Origin: Candidatus Saccharimonadales bacterium
GTDB taxonomy: Bacteria > Patescibacteriota > Saccharimonadia > QS-5-54-17
Assembly (NCBI GenBank): GCA_040903985.1
Contig: JBBDUI010000002.1
Location: forward strand, 454,038 to 518,037
Length of the DNA stretch: 64,000 nucleotides
Direction of reading: 5' to 3'
Below the pieces are notes generated by a model. It saw only the letters and a program-made list of their open reading frames with translations. It did not search any database and was not told the DNA's origin. Position 1 is the first letter of the stretch. Each line of letters opens with the position of its first letter. Both the position numbers and the translations under genes were made by a program. This document shows, in pieces, positions 28,989 through 38,729 of this stretch.

Positions 28989-29172
28989 CCCCTCAGCGCT
29001 AGCTAACCGTGCTGGCGCTGTCCACCGATTCTGCCAACGCTCTTTGTGTATCGCTATCTCAGAGGTGTCCAGCGCTCGTGCAGCGTCCCACTTCGTACGT
29101 TTTAGTGCGCGCTTCACACTCGCCTTGCACTGAGCACACGCGCATAAGCTCTGGCCGGTGGTAAGGCCTAGA

Positions 29173-29907
29173 TCAATCATTTCTAAATACCGATCGCATG
29201 GTGTAGTCGGCCGTGACATCACGGCCGTAGATGTTAGTGGTAACGGCTAGGGTAACGGCTACCGAACGGGCGTTTTCCGGATCTACCTCCATATCCTCGG
29301 CATCGTAGTAGACTAGCTCGAAGTTGCTAACGTTCTCCGCTAACATGATGTCGTCACTACATTCACTGATCTGAGCCGGACAGGTCAGCACTGCGGCATT
29401 ACCGGCCTCATCGGCCGGAAGGATACGTTTATATAGCACGTTATCTGTGACGAAATAGATCAGGTTATTCTTATGGGTGATGTAGGCGAACGGGTCTTCG
29501 TAGAGGAACTCATTTTCACTGTTCAGCGCCGGAGAGGCCAGGACAAGTACGTCGTTATCGGACGTCCAGCTGTACGGATCGCTTGGTCCGTCTGGGGCGT
29601 GCTCATCGGCCCAGCGATTGCTCGCATCGACCTTAGCTGCATGTTTGACGTCACGATTAATTACATCGAGTGAGAGCTGGGTATCTAGTAATAATTCGGC
29701 TCGGGCATTCTGAGTAGCATTAGCCCGCAGCTGGTTACCGAGAAAGCTCATCAAGACCGCTAGCAGGATACCTGTGATGGTGGTGGCTACCAGCAGCTCT
29801 ACTAAGGTAAATCCTCCGGCTCTGCTTACAGCTTGAGCTTGTCGGTGTCTGTCCCTCACTGCACTATAGCGGCGGACCACTACTGGTCTTAAGTGGTTTA
29901 GGGTCAC
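29173..29907 (-). CDS. type IV minor pilin (prepilin N-terminal cleavage/methylation domain)
   Basis: SRAGG|FTLVELLVATTITGILLAV has Gly at -1 and Glu at +5. The predicted leader is about 31 aa. Confidence 0.65.
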   Translation of the reverse strand: MTLNHLRPVVVRRYSAVRDRHRQAQAVSRAGGFTLVELLVATTITGILLAVLMSFLGNQLRANATQNARAELLLDTQLSLDVINRDVKHAAKVDASNRWADEHAPDGPSDPYSWTSDNDVLVLASPALNSENEFLYEDPFAYITHKNNLIYFVTDNVLYKRILPADEAGNAAVLTCPAQISECSDDIMLAENVSNFELVYYDAEDMEVDPENARSVAVTLAVTTNIYGRDVTADYTMRSVFRND

Positions 29908-30389
29908 TGGGCGATTCCAATCGAGCCAATCAGTCCGGTCAGAGTTACGGTTTTGGCGCGAGGCAACTGAGCGTAGGTGACGCTCACCTCAATTTGTTTC
30001 AAGCCTGGTGTCGGTTCGGTAATGACGACTTCACCACTGCGTGGTGGTGGTAGCTCTTCCGGTAGCTCGGCGCTGAAATCGACAGTAGTGTCGGGCTCGA
30101 GCGAGTTGTAGTGGCTGTTGCGTAGTGATTCTATCTTAGCTTCAGCTACGCGGGTAGCTATCTCGATCCTCTGTGCTCGTCGCTGTAGGGTGTCGATGCC
30201 GATGAAGAGGTTGACGGTGCCGATGGCCATGATACTGATTAGGGCTGAAGCAATCAAAAGTTCGATTAGGGTGAACCCTCCGGCTCGGCTGACTTTATGT
30301 GCTTCAGCCGCCTCACTAACCGCTAGGCTGTAGCGTTGAGTGGTAGCTGGATGGGATGACCGATTGATAAATGTGAGTAACTGCTTCAT
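29904..30389 (-). CDS. type IV minor pilin (prepilin N-terminal cleavage/methylation domain)
   Basis: SRAGG|FTLIELLIASALISIMAIG. The predicted leader is about 36 aa. Paralogous N-terminus to the previous gene. Confidence 0.65.
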   Translation of the reverse strand: MKQLLTFINRSSHPATTQRYSLAVSEAAEAHKVSRAGGFTLIELLIASALISIMAIGTVNLFIGIDTLQRRAQRIEIATRVAEAKIESLRNSHYNSLEPDTTVDFSAELPEELPPPRSGEVVITEPTPGLKQIEVSVTYAQLPRAKTVTLTGLIGSIGIAQ

Positions 30390-30490
30390 GACTGTTTTAA
30401 CCGTAGTTTTAGATGTGACTTATATGTTAAATAGCCGGCTACCTAGGACGGTAACCGGCTATTTAAAGGTGTAACGCTACGACTCTGTGT

Positions 30491-30916
30491 CTAGCGGTTA
30501 GCACTTTCCTGGATGAAGACGTAGTCGTCACCGGAAGTTTCACCGTCAGGGTCGTTCTCATTTTCGAGTACGGCTACCAGTGTGTAGGTCGCACATGGTT
30601 CAGCGGCACAGTCTACACCGGCTGCATCCAGCGGGTTGTAGTCGTAATCGCTGTCATCCTGTGGATCGACCGGTACTTCGTCCAAGTACTCTTCAGTGGC
30701 TAGTGTAGCTAGATCAACTGGGTAGCTATTGTTGTCGTTGTAGTAAGTCTCTAGCTGCTGCGATACGTTACGTAGGTCATTTTTACGCTCAGTGTCCCGG
30801 GCGCGTTCCTGGTAAGAAAACAGGTTAGGTATGGTCAGGGCTAGCAAGATGCCGATCACCACGATCACTACCAGTAGCTCGATCAGGGTGAATCCCTTTT
30901 GGTTTTTAAGTATCAT
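30491..30916 (-). CDS. pilA: type IV major pilin PilA-like
   Basis: MILKNQKG|FTLIELLVVIVVIGILLAL is a classic type IVa prepilin with a short leader and E+5. About 141 aa. Confidence 0.75.
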   Translation of the reverse strand: MILKNQKGFTLIELLVVIVVIGILLALTIPNLFSYQERARDTERKNDLRNVSQQLETYYNDNNSYPVDLATLATEEYLDEVPVDPQDDSDYDYNPLDAAGVDCAAEPCATYTLVAVLENENDPDGETSGDDYVFIQESANR

Positions 30917-31003
30917 TCTACTTCCTCCTAATTGTTGTTAAATTTACTTACTTTATATCTCTGAGAGTATAACGGCTATGGTTTAAAGTCAATGTCGTGG
31001 CCT

Positions 31004-32215
31004 CTACATAATCTGGGTTAGCTCGGCCAAGGGACCGAAGATACTGGCTACGATTAAGCCGACCACTCCGCCTAAGCCGACGATTAAGACCGGCTCGATT
31101 ATCGAGCTAATTCCTTCGATGGTACGATCGACCTCTTTGCTGTAGAATTCGGCCACTTTTTCTAGCACCGTATCGATCTGACCGGTCTCCTCACCAACCG
31201 CTGTCATCTGAGTCACGATGGCGGGGAAGATGTTGGTTTCGGATAGGGACTTTGAGATCGGCTGACCGTTCGTAATCTTTTCTACACTTTCGCTGATGCC
31301 CCTTTTAATAACTGTGTTAGACAGGGCCCCGCTGGTAACTTCCAGGCTTTTTACTACTGATACGCCGGCACTGGTCAGCGAGCTGAAGGTGTTAGAAAAG
31401 CGGGCGACGTTAATCTTGAGGAGGACCGGCCCGAAGATAGGCGCTTTTAGCAGTAGTGAGTCGAAGATAAAGCGACCGCGTTCGGTCTTGACGAACCGTA
31501 GGGTAGCTATCGCGGTCAAGACGATAGCTCCTAGTAGTAGTAGGCCGTAGTTAATTAAAAAGTCACTTAGCCCTAGCATCATTCGGGTCTGAATCGGCAA
31601 CTCAGCTCCTACCTGGTCGAAGATAGCACCGAACTTAGGGATAATATTTGTGACTAGGAAGGTGACTGCGCCGATAGCCACCACGGTGATTACGCCGGGA
31701 TAGATGAGGGCACTACGCAGCTTGCCCTTGATCTCGGCGTCCTTCTCGACCTGGCCGGCTAGCCGTTCCATGATCTGGTCTAGAATTCCGCCCTCTTCAC
31801 CGGCTCGAATCATATTGGTATAGACCCCAGAGAACACCTTCGGGTGGTTAGCTAGAGCTTCAGAGAGCTGGATGCCACCTTCGACTTTAGCGGTAACGTC
31901 ATCGAGGATACTGCGTAATGCCGGTGAGTCGGTCTGGTCACGCATAGTGGAAAGTGATTTCACCATCGGGACACCGGCATTAATCATAGTGGCGAACTGA
32001 CGGGTGAAGATAACTAGGTCGTTAGCCTTCACCTTCTTCTGTCCCGGCAGAGCGATGGTGATGTCTTTGAGCGACTTCTTGGCCTCAGTCACCGATAACG
32101 GTCGTAGCTCTCGAGCTTGGAGCGCACTTAAGGCTGCCGCTTTAGTATCGGCCTCTACGCTACCTCTTTGGATTTGGCCATCGCTAGCCTGGGCGGTGTA
32201 GGTGTACTGGGGCAT
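31004..32215 (-). CDS. pilC: type IV pilus platform protein PilC (GspF family)
   Basis: Two GspF-like repeats, three TM segments, about 403 aa. Directly downstream of pilB. Confidence 0.8.
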   Translation of the reverse strand: MPQYTYTAQASDGQIQRGSVEADTKAAALSALQARELRPLSVTEAKKSLKDITIALPGQKKVKANDLVIFTRQFATMINAGVPMVKSLSTMRDQTDSPALRSILDDVTAKVEGGIQLSEALANHPKVFSGVYTNMIRAGEEGGILDQIMERLAGQVEKDAEIKGKLRSALIYPGVITVVAIGAVTFLVTNIIPKFGAIFDQVGAELPIQTRMMLGLSDFLINYGLLLLGAIVLTAIATLRFVKTERGRFIFDSLLLKAPIFGPVLLKINVARFSNTFSSLTSAGVSVVKSLEVTSGALSNTVIKRGISESVEKITNGQPISKSLSETNIFPAIVTQMTAVGEETGQIDTVLEKVAEFYSKEVDRTIEGISSIIEPVLIVGLGGVVGLIVASIFGPLAELTQIM

Positions 32216-32217
32216 AT

Positions 32218-34002
32218 CTACTCTCTAGTTACTCTTAGTATCTCTTCGATTGTGGTGGCACCTTCGAGGCATTTAAGGAAACCATCGAGCTGCATAGTAA
32301 TCATGCCGTCTTCGATAGCTTGGAGCTGGATGTCGTCACTGGTGGCGTTGGAAACGATCAACTTAGAGATCGCCTCATTCACTTCTAGTACTTCATAAAT
32401 TCCTAGTCGTCCCCGGTAGCCGATGCCGCCGCATTCGTCGCAGCCCTCGCCCGGCTTGTAGATATTAAGGTGCTCAATATCTAGCTCATCGGGCAGGGAG
32501 GCAGCTTCATGCTTGGCTGGCGCCTTACTACGTTTGAGCTGTTCGTTACGTTTACGTAGGTTTTCGTTGATGTGAGGTAGAGCAAGATCGATCTTAAAGT
32601 CGGTCTTAAGATGGGTCAGCTCGTCTCCGCTGGGGTGGTATTCCTGGCGGCAGTTGCGGCAGAGGCGGCGAACTAGGCGTTGGCCCACTACAACCCGTAC
32701 GGTAGAGGCGATCAGGAAGGGCTCTGCTCCCATGTCGAGTAGACGCGGCAGGGTGGTCGCAGCGTTGTTAGTGTGTAGGGTTGAGAGAACGAGGTGACCG
32801 GTCAGGGCGGCCTGAATGGCAAGGTTAGAGGTCTCACCATCTCGAATCTCCCCGACCATGATGATGTTCGGATCCTGGCGTAGTAAGGCCCGTAGCCCGC
32901 TGGCGAACGTCATACCGGCCTTGGGGTTGACCTGGGTTTGGTTAACTCCCTGCATACGGTATTCGACCGGATCCTCGATAGTGGAGATGTTTACTTTAGG
33001 TGAGTTTAGCGTGCTCAAGGTCGAGTACAAGGTGGTCGATTTACCGGCTCCGGTCGGACCGGTAACTAGAATCATGCCATGGGGTTGGCGCATGGCCCGC
33101 TCCATCCGTTCCAGGGCGGTGGCGTTAAAGCCAAGTTCTTCTAGCGTTAGTGCGCGAGAGGTTTCGTCGAGCAAGCGCATTACTACTTTCTCGCCATCCA
33201 TAATCGGCAGGGTCGACACCCGCAGGGCTACGGTGCCGGCCGGAGAGTGGATCTTAAACCGGCCGTCCTGGGACTTGCGGTGCTCGTCGATTTTGAGATT
33301 GGCCATGATCTTAATTCGGGAGACTAAAGCTAGCATTAAGTTGCGAGGTAGGGTGTTGGCTTCACGTAGGACGCCATCGACCCGATAGCGGATCTGCACT
33401 AGCTGTTCGCGTGGCTCGATGTGGATATCAGAGGCACCTTCCTTGATAGCGTATTCGATGAGCAGGTTAACGGTCTTGGCGATCGGTGAGTCCTCAGCTA
33501 CCTCGTCGGCGCTGACCTCTTCCGTGTTCTCACCGTCGGTCTCGGGTATTACCTTGGTAATCTCGCTGTCTAAATTGCCTTTATACTGATCCAGAATCTT
33601 ATTGACATCGCCGTCGGTCGCGAGATAGATAGTGACGTTCTTTCCTAGCAACTTCTCCAGAGCGTCGACGGCCGGCAGGTCGCCGGGATCTGACATGGCG
33701 ATTTTGCTGTGACCGTCCTTATCCATCTCAAACAGGACGGCTCGGTAACGGCGAGCGATGTGCTCGGGGATGAGGCCGAGGACTTGCGGTTCAATCTTCT
33801 CATTAGACAGCTCGATAAATTCGGCACCGATACTCTTTGCGTACAGTCGGGCCAGCTCTTTTGCGCTGATCAGCTTCCGTTCGAGTACCAATTCTTGGAG
33901 TGGCTTTTTCTGTTTTTTAGCCTCTTCGGTTAGCTCGGTCAGGGTTTTAGCCTCTACCGTATCCTTAAGTAAGCCCTGAAGAGTGCTGTCGTTTAACTGC
34001 AT
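32218..34002 (-). CDS. pilB: type IV pilus assembly ATPase PilB (GspE family)
   Basis: N-terminal GSPII_E_N domain, Walker A GPTGAGKSTTL, the Asp box, Walker B and a tetracysteine-like CxxC...CxxC region. Confidence 0.85.
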   Translation of the reverse strand: MQLNDSTLQGLLKDTVEAKTLTELTEEAKKQKKPLQELVLERKLISAKELARLYAKSIGAEFIELSNEKIEPQVLGLIPEHIARRYRAVLFEMDKDGHSKIAMSDPGDLPAVDALEKLLGKNVTIYLATDGDVNKILDQYKGNLDSEITKVIPETDGENTEEVSADEVAEDSPIAKTVNLLIEYAIKEGASDIHIEPREQLVQIRYRVDGVLREANTLPRNLMLALVSRIKIMANLKIDEHRKSQDGRFKIHSPAGTVALRVSTLPIMDGEKVVMRLLDETSRALTLEELGFNATALERMERAMRQPHGMILVTGPTGAGKSTTLYSTLSTLNSPKVNISTIEDPVEYRMQGVNQTQVNPKAGMTFASGLRALLRQDPNIIMVGEIRDGETSNLAIQAALTGHLVLSTLHTNNAATTLPRLLDMGAEPFLIASTVRVVVGQRLVRRLCRNCRQEYHPSGDELTHLKTDFKIDLALPHINENLRKRNEQLKRSKAPAKHEAASLPDELDIEHLNIYKPGEGCDECGGIGYRGRLGIYEVLEVNEAISKLIVSNATSDDIQLQAIEDGMITMQLDGFLKCLEGATTIEEILRVTRE

Positions 34003-34110
34003 ACGACCAGTATACCGTAAGCGGTATTAGAGCCCCAAAATGTTTAAGTTTTGACGTTCGCTTTTTGTACGCTATAATAATAAAAAGATGCAAATATAAT
34101 AGGAGCAATC

Positions 34111-35136
34111 ATGGCAGATAAACCAACAACCCCGAAGGCTAAACCGGTCGCTAAAGACGGTCGACACCAGGCACTCGATCTCGCCGTATCTCAAATCGAA
34201 CAGCAGTTTGGTAGTGGTTCGATTATGAAACTGGGCGATAAATATAACATCGATGTCGAAACTATTTCAACTGGTAGTTTGAGTCTTGATATCGCTTTAG
34301 GTGGAGGTATTCCTAAAGGCCGTATCGTTGAGATTTACGGTCCGGAAGCAAGTGGAAAGACCACTCTAGCTCTGCATACCATCGCTGAAGTCCAGAAAAA
34401 CGGTGGTACGGTCGCTTTTGTCGATGCCGAGCACGCGCTCGACCCGGAGTATTCGAAGAAGATCGGTGTGCAGCTCGATTCACTCTTAATCTCCCAGCCT
34501 GATACCGGTGAACAAGCCCTAGAGATTACCGAGACACTGGTTCGCTCCAGTGCCGTCGATGTCGTCGTCGTCGACTCAGTCGCTGCGCTCGTCCCACGGG
34601 CGGAAATAGAGGGCGAGATGGGCGACGCTCACGTCGGCTTGCAGGCTAGGTTGATGAGCCAGGCTCTGCGTAAGCTGACCGGTGCAGTCTCGAAATCTAA
34701 AACGACCGTTATCTTCATCAACCAGTTGCGCATGAAGATCGGCGTTATGTTTGGCAATCCGGAAACCACTTCCGGTGGCCAGGCCTTAAAATATTATGCT
34801 TCGGTCCGGATCGAGGTCCGTCGTACTCAAGCTATTAAGCAGGGAGAAGAGACAGTCGGTAACCACGTTAAAGCCAAGATCGTGAAGAATAAAGTCGCCC
34901 CACCTTTCAAGATCGCCGAGTTCGACATCATGTACAACGAGGGTATCTCCACTTCCGGCGACTTGATAGATCTAGCCGTGAAGCACGAACTAGTGCGTAA
35001 GGCAGGGGCATGGTACGAACATGATGGCGAGAAAATCGGCCAGGGCCGGGAGGCGGCTAAACAGTATCTGCGGGAAAATCCACAGGTAGCTAAGAAGCTC
35101 GACGCCGCTATTCGTAAAGAAACTTTTGGCAAATAG
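34111..35136 (+). CDS. recA: recombinase RecA
   Basis: [20 protein letters not shown] Walker A, the L1/L2 loops, and near-canonical RecA sequence throughout. Confidence 0.95.
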   Translation: MADKPTTPKAKPVAKDGRHQALDLAVSQIEQQFGSGSIMKLGDKYNIDVETISTGSLSLDIALGGGIPKGRIVEIYGPEASGKTTLALHTIAEVQKNGGTVAFVDAEHALDPEYSKKIGVQLDSLLISQPDTGEQALEITETLVRSSAVDVVVVDSVAALVPRAEIEGEMGDAHVGLQARLMSQALRKLTGAVSKSKTTVIFINQLRMKIGVMFGNPETTSGGQALKYYASVRIEVRRTQAIKQGEETVGNHVKAKIVKNKVAPPFKIAEFDIMYNEGISTSGDLIDLAVKHELVRKAGAWYEHDGEKIGQGREAAKQYLRENPQVAKKLDAAIRKETFGK

Positions 35137-35180
35137 CCGTTGCTTACTTTTAGCCGGGTCAGGGGCATAGTTTACAGCAC

Positions 35181-35789
35181 ATGAAGATCACCGCCATCAA
35201 ACAACAGCAGAAACGACCCGATCGTTATTCGATCTATGTTGACGGACGGTTTGCTTTTGGGCTGAGCGAGAATGATATATTGCGGCTGGGCTTACGTCGA
35301 GAACAAGAAGTCACTACTGTGGAACTAGCCGAGTTCCAGGTATCTGCGACAGTCGGCAAAGCCTATGAACGAGCGCTAAGCTACCTCGGCATCCGACCGC
35401 GAAGCGAGAAGGAAGTCCGGGACTATCTCTGGCGGAAGGAGTATGAGGCAGCGGTCATTAATCAAGTGATAACCAAATTGCAGACTCTAGAGCTATTGAA
35501 CGATACACAGTTTGCCCGGGAATGGATAAGTTGGCGCCAGAGTGGCCGACCGCGCAGCCGGCGTAAGCTGCAACAGGAGCTAGTTCAAAAGGGAGTAGCT
35601 CGGGAGGTTATCGAGGCGGTACTCGCTGATATTGATGATGAGACAGAGCTCGCTCAACTTAAGGAACTTATTCTTCGTCACGCGCACCGCTACGACACCC
35701 AAGAGAAGCTAATGGCTTATCTTGCTCGACAGGGTTATGGCTATGGTGTAATCAAACAAGCATTGCAGGAACACGAAGAAGGGGTATAA
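35181..35789 (+). CDS. recX: RecA regulator RecX
   Basis: About 200 aa of helical repeats. Lies immediately downstream of recA. Confidence 0.7.
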   Translation: MKITAIKQQQKRPDRYSIYVDGRFAFGLSENDILRLGLRREQEVTTVELAEFQVSATVGKAYERALSYLGIRPRSEKEVRDYLWRKEYEAAVINQVITKLQTLELLNDTQFAREWISWRQSGRPRSRRKLQQELVQKGVAREVIEAVLADIDDETELAQLKELILRHAHRYDTQEKLMAYLARQGYGYGVIKQALQEHEEGV

Positions 35790-35796
35790 TCCTGTT

Positions 35797-36180
35797 ATGA
35801 AGCCAGAATCAGGTATCAGGATTGAAGATACTCCGGTTGGCATAGTAACTACTAGTGTCGGCACTCTCCCCTACGGGCGTGAATATCCCGCTCGTCAAAC
35901 TACCATCGAGTTTAGAGAGCCGATTCCAGTGGCATCGGTTGCTTACGAGATAGCTCTAGCGGAGAAACCATTCATGGACCAGCTAGTCGAACTGAAGGCC
36001 GAACCTGCCCCGGCTTGGTGGCAGCGTGGTGCCGAAGCGCGTAGACAGCGGTGGGATCGTTCGCAAGAGTGTGGCCAGCTTATACTCAATGCCCAAGCAG
36101 CAAGCAGGGATAGGAGTAGAGAATTGGTACGAGAAACCCCCTACCTTGAGCCTATACTGTTCCGAGCCGCCCAAGATTAG
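35797..36180 (+). CDS. hypothetical protein
   Basis: ORF only. A weak-RBS start 8 nt after recX. Confidence 0.3.
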   Translation: MKPESGIRIEDTPVGIVTTSVGTLPYGREYPARQTTIEFREPIPVASVAYEIALAEKPFMDQLVELKAEPAPAWWQRGAEARRQRWDRSQECGQLILNAQAASRDRSRELVRETPYLEPILFRAAQD

Positions 36181-36268
36181 TTTCAAGGCCAGCTCTACAT
36201 AGCTAGTCTAGCCTCGCAAGCATACTGGTATAACTATCTAATACAACCATTGTCATAGTCACAGCGAT

Positions 36269-36308
36269 AATCTTCAAAAAGTGTCCGATCGGACACTTTT
36301 TGAAGATT
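36269..36308. repeat. 40-bp perfect palindrome, copy 2 (identical to copy 1)
   Basis: Identical 40-mer between convergent genes. Followed by ATTT. Confidence 0.8.
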
Positions 36309-36338
36309 ATTTCGAACTAGACAGAATGGAGCAGCAGA

Positions 36339-36848
36339 TTATACGGTTTGCTGCGGGGCGAGCTTACCGGCGCGCAGAGTGGTGTCTTCTACTGTGACGC
36401 TGTGGTCGTTCACCTCGATGACTTGGCGGCGGTCGATGATGAGAGTGGCCTCCGTCAGACTTTTCCAGATCGGCTGTTTGACGTGCAGCTTCTGCACCTT
36501 CCAGGAGACATCATCAATGACGTAATCCTTGACGTGGCCGAGCTTCTGACCGGACTTGCTTCGAACCTGCTTACCGACCAGTTGGTAGTTAAGCTTAAGT
36601 ACATCTTTCAGGCGTAGGAGATCACCCTCCTCGGCGATAACATCGGAAGAGTCGACGATGAACTGGCCAGCGCCAATCTCACGTATGTCGCTAACTAGTA
36701 GTATTTTTCCTGGGTCTTCTGTGAGGTGGAAGCCAGCCACGCTGAGGTCAAATGGGTTAAGCACGATCGCTCCGACCACATCGATGTCTCGGCCGGTGTG
36801 CAAGCTGGCCACAGTGATGTCTTGCAGTTGGTCTGAACGTTTGAGCAT
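36339..36848 (-). CDS. PRC-barrel domain protein (two PRC-like repeats), start moved to internal Met
   Basis: Two beta-rich repeats with the G..V.D signature (DIDVVGAIV..., GKQVRSKSGQKLGHVKDYVID). Confidence 0.45.
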   Translation of the reverse strand: MLKRSDQLQDITVASLHTGRDIDVVGAIVLNPFDLSVAGFHLTEDPGKILLVSDIREIGAGQFIVDSSDVIAEEGDLLRLKDVLKLNYQLVGKQVRSKSGQKLGHVKDYVIDDVSWKVQKLHVKQPIWKSLTEATLIIDRRQVIEVNDHSVTVEDTTLRAGKLAPQQTV

Positions 36849-36921
36849 AGTCGTATTGTAGCGTATTCGTTTCAGCTCTGCAGTTGCGGTAGCTGGGAAT
36901 GGAGCGCTACTATAAGAGAAG

Positions 36922-37392
36922 ATGAAACCACTCAATACTTACGAAACCGAGCTGGAAACGCTTGATGACACCTTGAGCTTAGGGGCTCGGCTTGGGGCTC
37001 AATTTCGAGGTGGTGAAGTAGTTGAGCTAGTCAGCGATCTAGGCGGCGGAAAGACGGCATTGGTTCGTGGTATGGCTCGAGGTTTAGAGTCGGACGATCA
37101 GGTGATGAGTCCGACTTTTACCGTTTCCCGTATCTATCATGGTAATAAGTGCGATTTGCACCACTTCGATTTTTATCGCTTGAATGAGCCGGGAGTGATT
37201 GCCGAGGAGTTACGTGAGAGTATAGACGATCCTAAGGTCGCTGTTGTCATCGAGTGGAGCGATATCGTGAGTGATGTCCTTCCTTCTGATCGATTGCGAA
37301 TCAACATTACGGTTACAAGTGAAACAGCCCGGCATGTCACGGTTTTAGCTTATGGTCCCCATCACGCTCAGCTGCTGGAGCGGCTGTCATGA
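36922..37392 (+). CDS. tsaE: tRNA threonylcarbamoyladenosine biosynthesis protein TsaE (P-loop ATPase YjeE)
   Basis: LVSDLGGGKTALVRG Walker A and the SPTFT motif. Confidence 0.75.
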   Translation: MKPLNTYETELETLDDTLSLGARLGAQFRGGEVVELVSDLGGGKTALVRGMARGLESDDQVMSPTFTVSRIYHGNKCDLHHFDFYRLNEPGVIAEELRESIDDPKVAVVIEWSDIVSDVLPSDRLRINITVTSETARHVTVLAYGPHHAQLLERLS

Positions 37393-37781
37393 TCTTGGGA
37401 CTAAAGACTGATAACCCTGTAACTGAGCTTTACCTGCTCACACCTAAGGGTGAGATAGCGTATCAGGACATCTGGCGGTCGGATCGTGCACTTTCAGTTC
37501 AGCTCCACCGTCATATCGATGATTTACTGCATCAGGCGGAAATAACGCCGGAACAGCTGGATGGCATCGTTGCCTTTGCCGGCCCCGGCTCTTTCACTGG
37601 TCTGCGGATCGGCCTGAGCGTGGCTAACGCCATGGCTTATGCACTGCAGCTACCGATTGTAGCTATGCGTGGGAATGACTGGCTAACTAACGGTGTGACT
37701 GAGCTTAAAGACACTAAGCCAGGCGGTCAGGTACTACCTTTCTACGGTGGCGAAGCTAACATCACCCAGCCTAGAAAATAG
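37389..37781 (+). CDS. tsaB: TsaB/YeaZ-like protein, N-terminal actin-like half only (130 aa)
   Basis: MILGLKTDNPVTELYL...GPGSFTGLRIGLSVANAMAYAL matches the TsaB N-terminal lobe. The protein ends well before full-length TsaB would. Confidence 0.6.
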   Translation: MILGLKTDNPVTELYLLTPKGEIAYQDIWRSDRALSVQLHRHIDDLLHQAEITPEQLDGIVAFAGPGSFTGLRIGLSVANAMAYALQLPIVAMRGNDWLTNGVTELKDTKPGGQVLPFYGGEANITQPRK

Positions 37782-37803
37782 CGTCATCTCCCCTAGTATT
37801 CGG

Positions 37804-37851
37804 ATATTTGTACTAAATCTCTCACGATCGTAAGAAATTTAGTACAAATAT
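37804..37851. repeat. perfect 15-bp inverted repeat ATATTTGTACTAAAT-N18-ATTTAGTACAAATAT
   Basis: Lies 20 nt after the tsaB stop. No T-tract follows. Confidence 0.5.
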
Positions 37852-38004
37852 TAGCAAGGAAAAGGTAGGGCGAGATTAAAGCATAAGCAGTTGCTTTATC
37901 ACCTCTGGAAGTGTATTAAGGAGTATGGCCTTTTTATAGGCTGGACTACCTTAAGAGAGGTAGTGAATATTCTAAATGTGCCAGAGCGGCGCGTGAGGTA
38001 ATGG

Positions 38005-38574
38005 ATGAGTAGAGAGACGCTCGGTTTCGAGCTTACTAATGATACAGAAAATGACAGCCTCGATGGGGGTCATCTTTCGGTGGTTAACGGCCAATTTGAG
38101 CGGGGCACCTATGTTGCCACCCCCGTCTGGGTTGGAAACTACGTAGTATTCCCCTACAAGCTCTCACCTGAGCTGCAACCATTATTTAAGAATTTTCAGC
38201 CGGCACCACTATCTAAATATGCCGATGTGGAGAGCTTTGTGGCTGATGAACGCCCGGCCGATGATCGACCTGGGACACTAAACTTTATGGCTTACTTCCA
38301 GCCGGCCAGGGTGCTGACCGGAGGATCGCATAAGATCCGTAGTCCATTTCGCCGCTTATTGTTACTAAATCCGAAGTTAGTGCACAAGCTAGAACAAGAT
38401 CTAGCCGACACTTATCGTTACGATTCTATAGCTAAGTTAGAACCACAACCACAAACTCGACTGTTTGAAGCTTATAACTTAATGAGTGAGATGGTAGATA
38501 TCAACGATGAGAATCTATTTCGCACCGAACCAGACGGCACATCAGTCTTCGACCGGGATTATCTCAAGCGTTAA
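38005..38574 (+). CDS. hypothetical protein
   Basis: ORF of 189 aa, hydrophilic. Confidence 0.4.
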   Translation: MSRETLGFELTNDTENDSLDGGHLSVVNGQFERGTYVATPVWVGNYVVFPYKLSPELQPLFKNFQPAPLSKYADVESFVADERPADDRPGTLNFMAYFQPARVLTGGSHKIRSPFRRLLLLNPKLVHKLEQDLADTYRYDSIAKLEPQPQTRLFEAYNLMSEMVDINDENLFRTEPDGTSVFDRDYLKR

Positions 38575-38729
38575 ATTGCGTTCTGGCGCGTGAGCTTCTA
38601 TAGTAAGTGGTATAGATGTTGTTAATTTAAATTTCCTATGATACCTCAACCTGGCGCAGTTTATACCTTGTATTAGACAGATATCTACACATTACGCCGG
38701 TTACGGGTCCGTAGGGGGAAGGAAGAGAT

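Noticed and set aside
28989-29222. Cys-rich N-terminal extension (CDRYLEMIDLGLTTGQSLCACAQCK) of the PilX-like ORF
   Set aside because: It overlaps the preceding minor pilin gene in another frame. The PilX-like TM segment begins at the internal Met, so this is most likely an ORF-caller extension and not a zinc-binding domain.
32816-33979. Several antisense ORFs inside pilB (32816-33388 +, 33709-33933 +, 33758-33979 +)
   Set aside because: They are entirely embedded antisense to a well-supported PilB ATPase gene. They have biased, low-complexity composition and no motifs.
34003-34110. Looked for an SOS/LexA box upstream of recA
   Set aside because: Only a TTGACG-17-TATAAT promoter is evident. 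There is no Cheo-box (GAAC-N4-GTTC) or CTGT-N8-ACAG palindrome. There is also no lexA gene in the window, so no claim is made.
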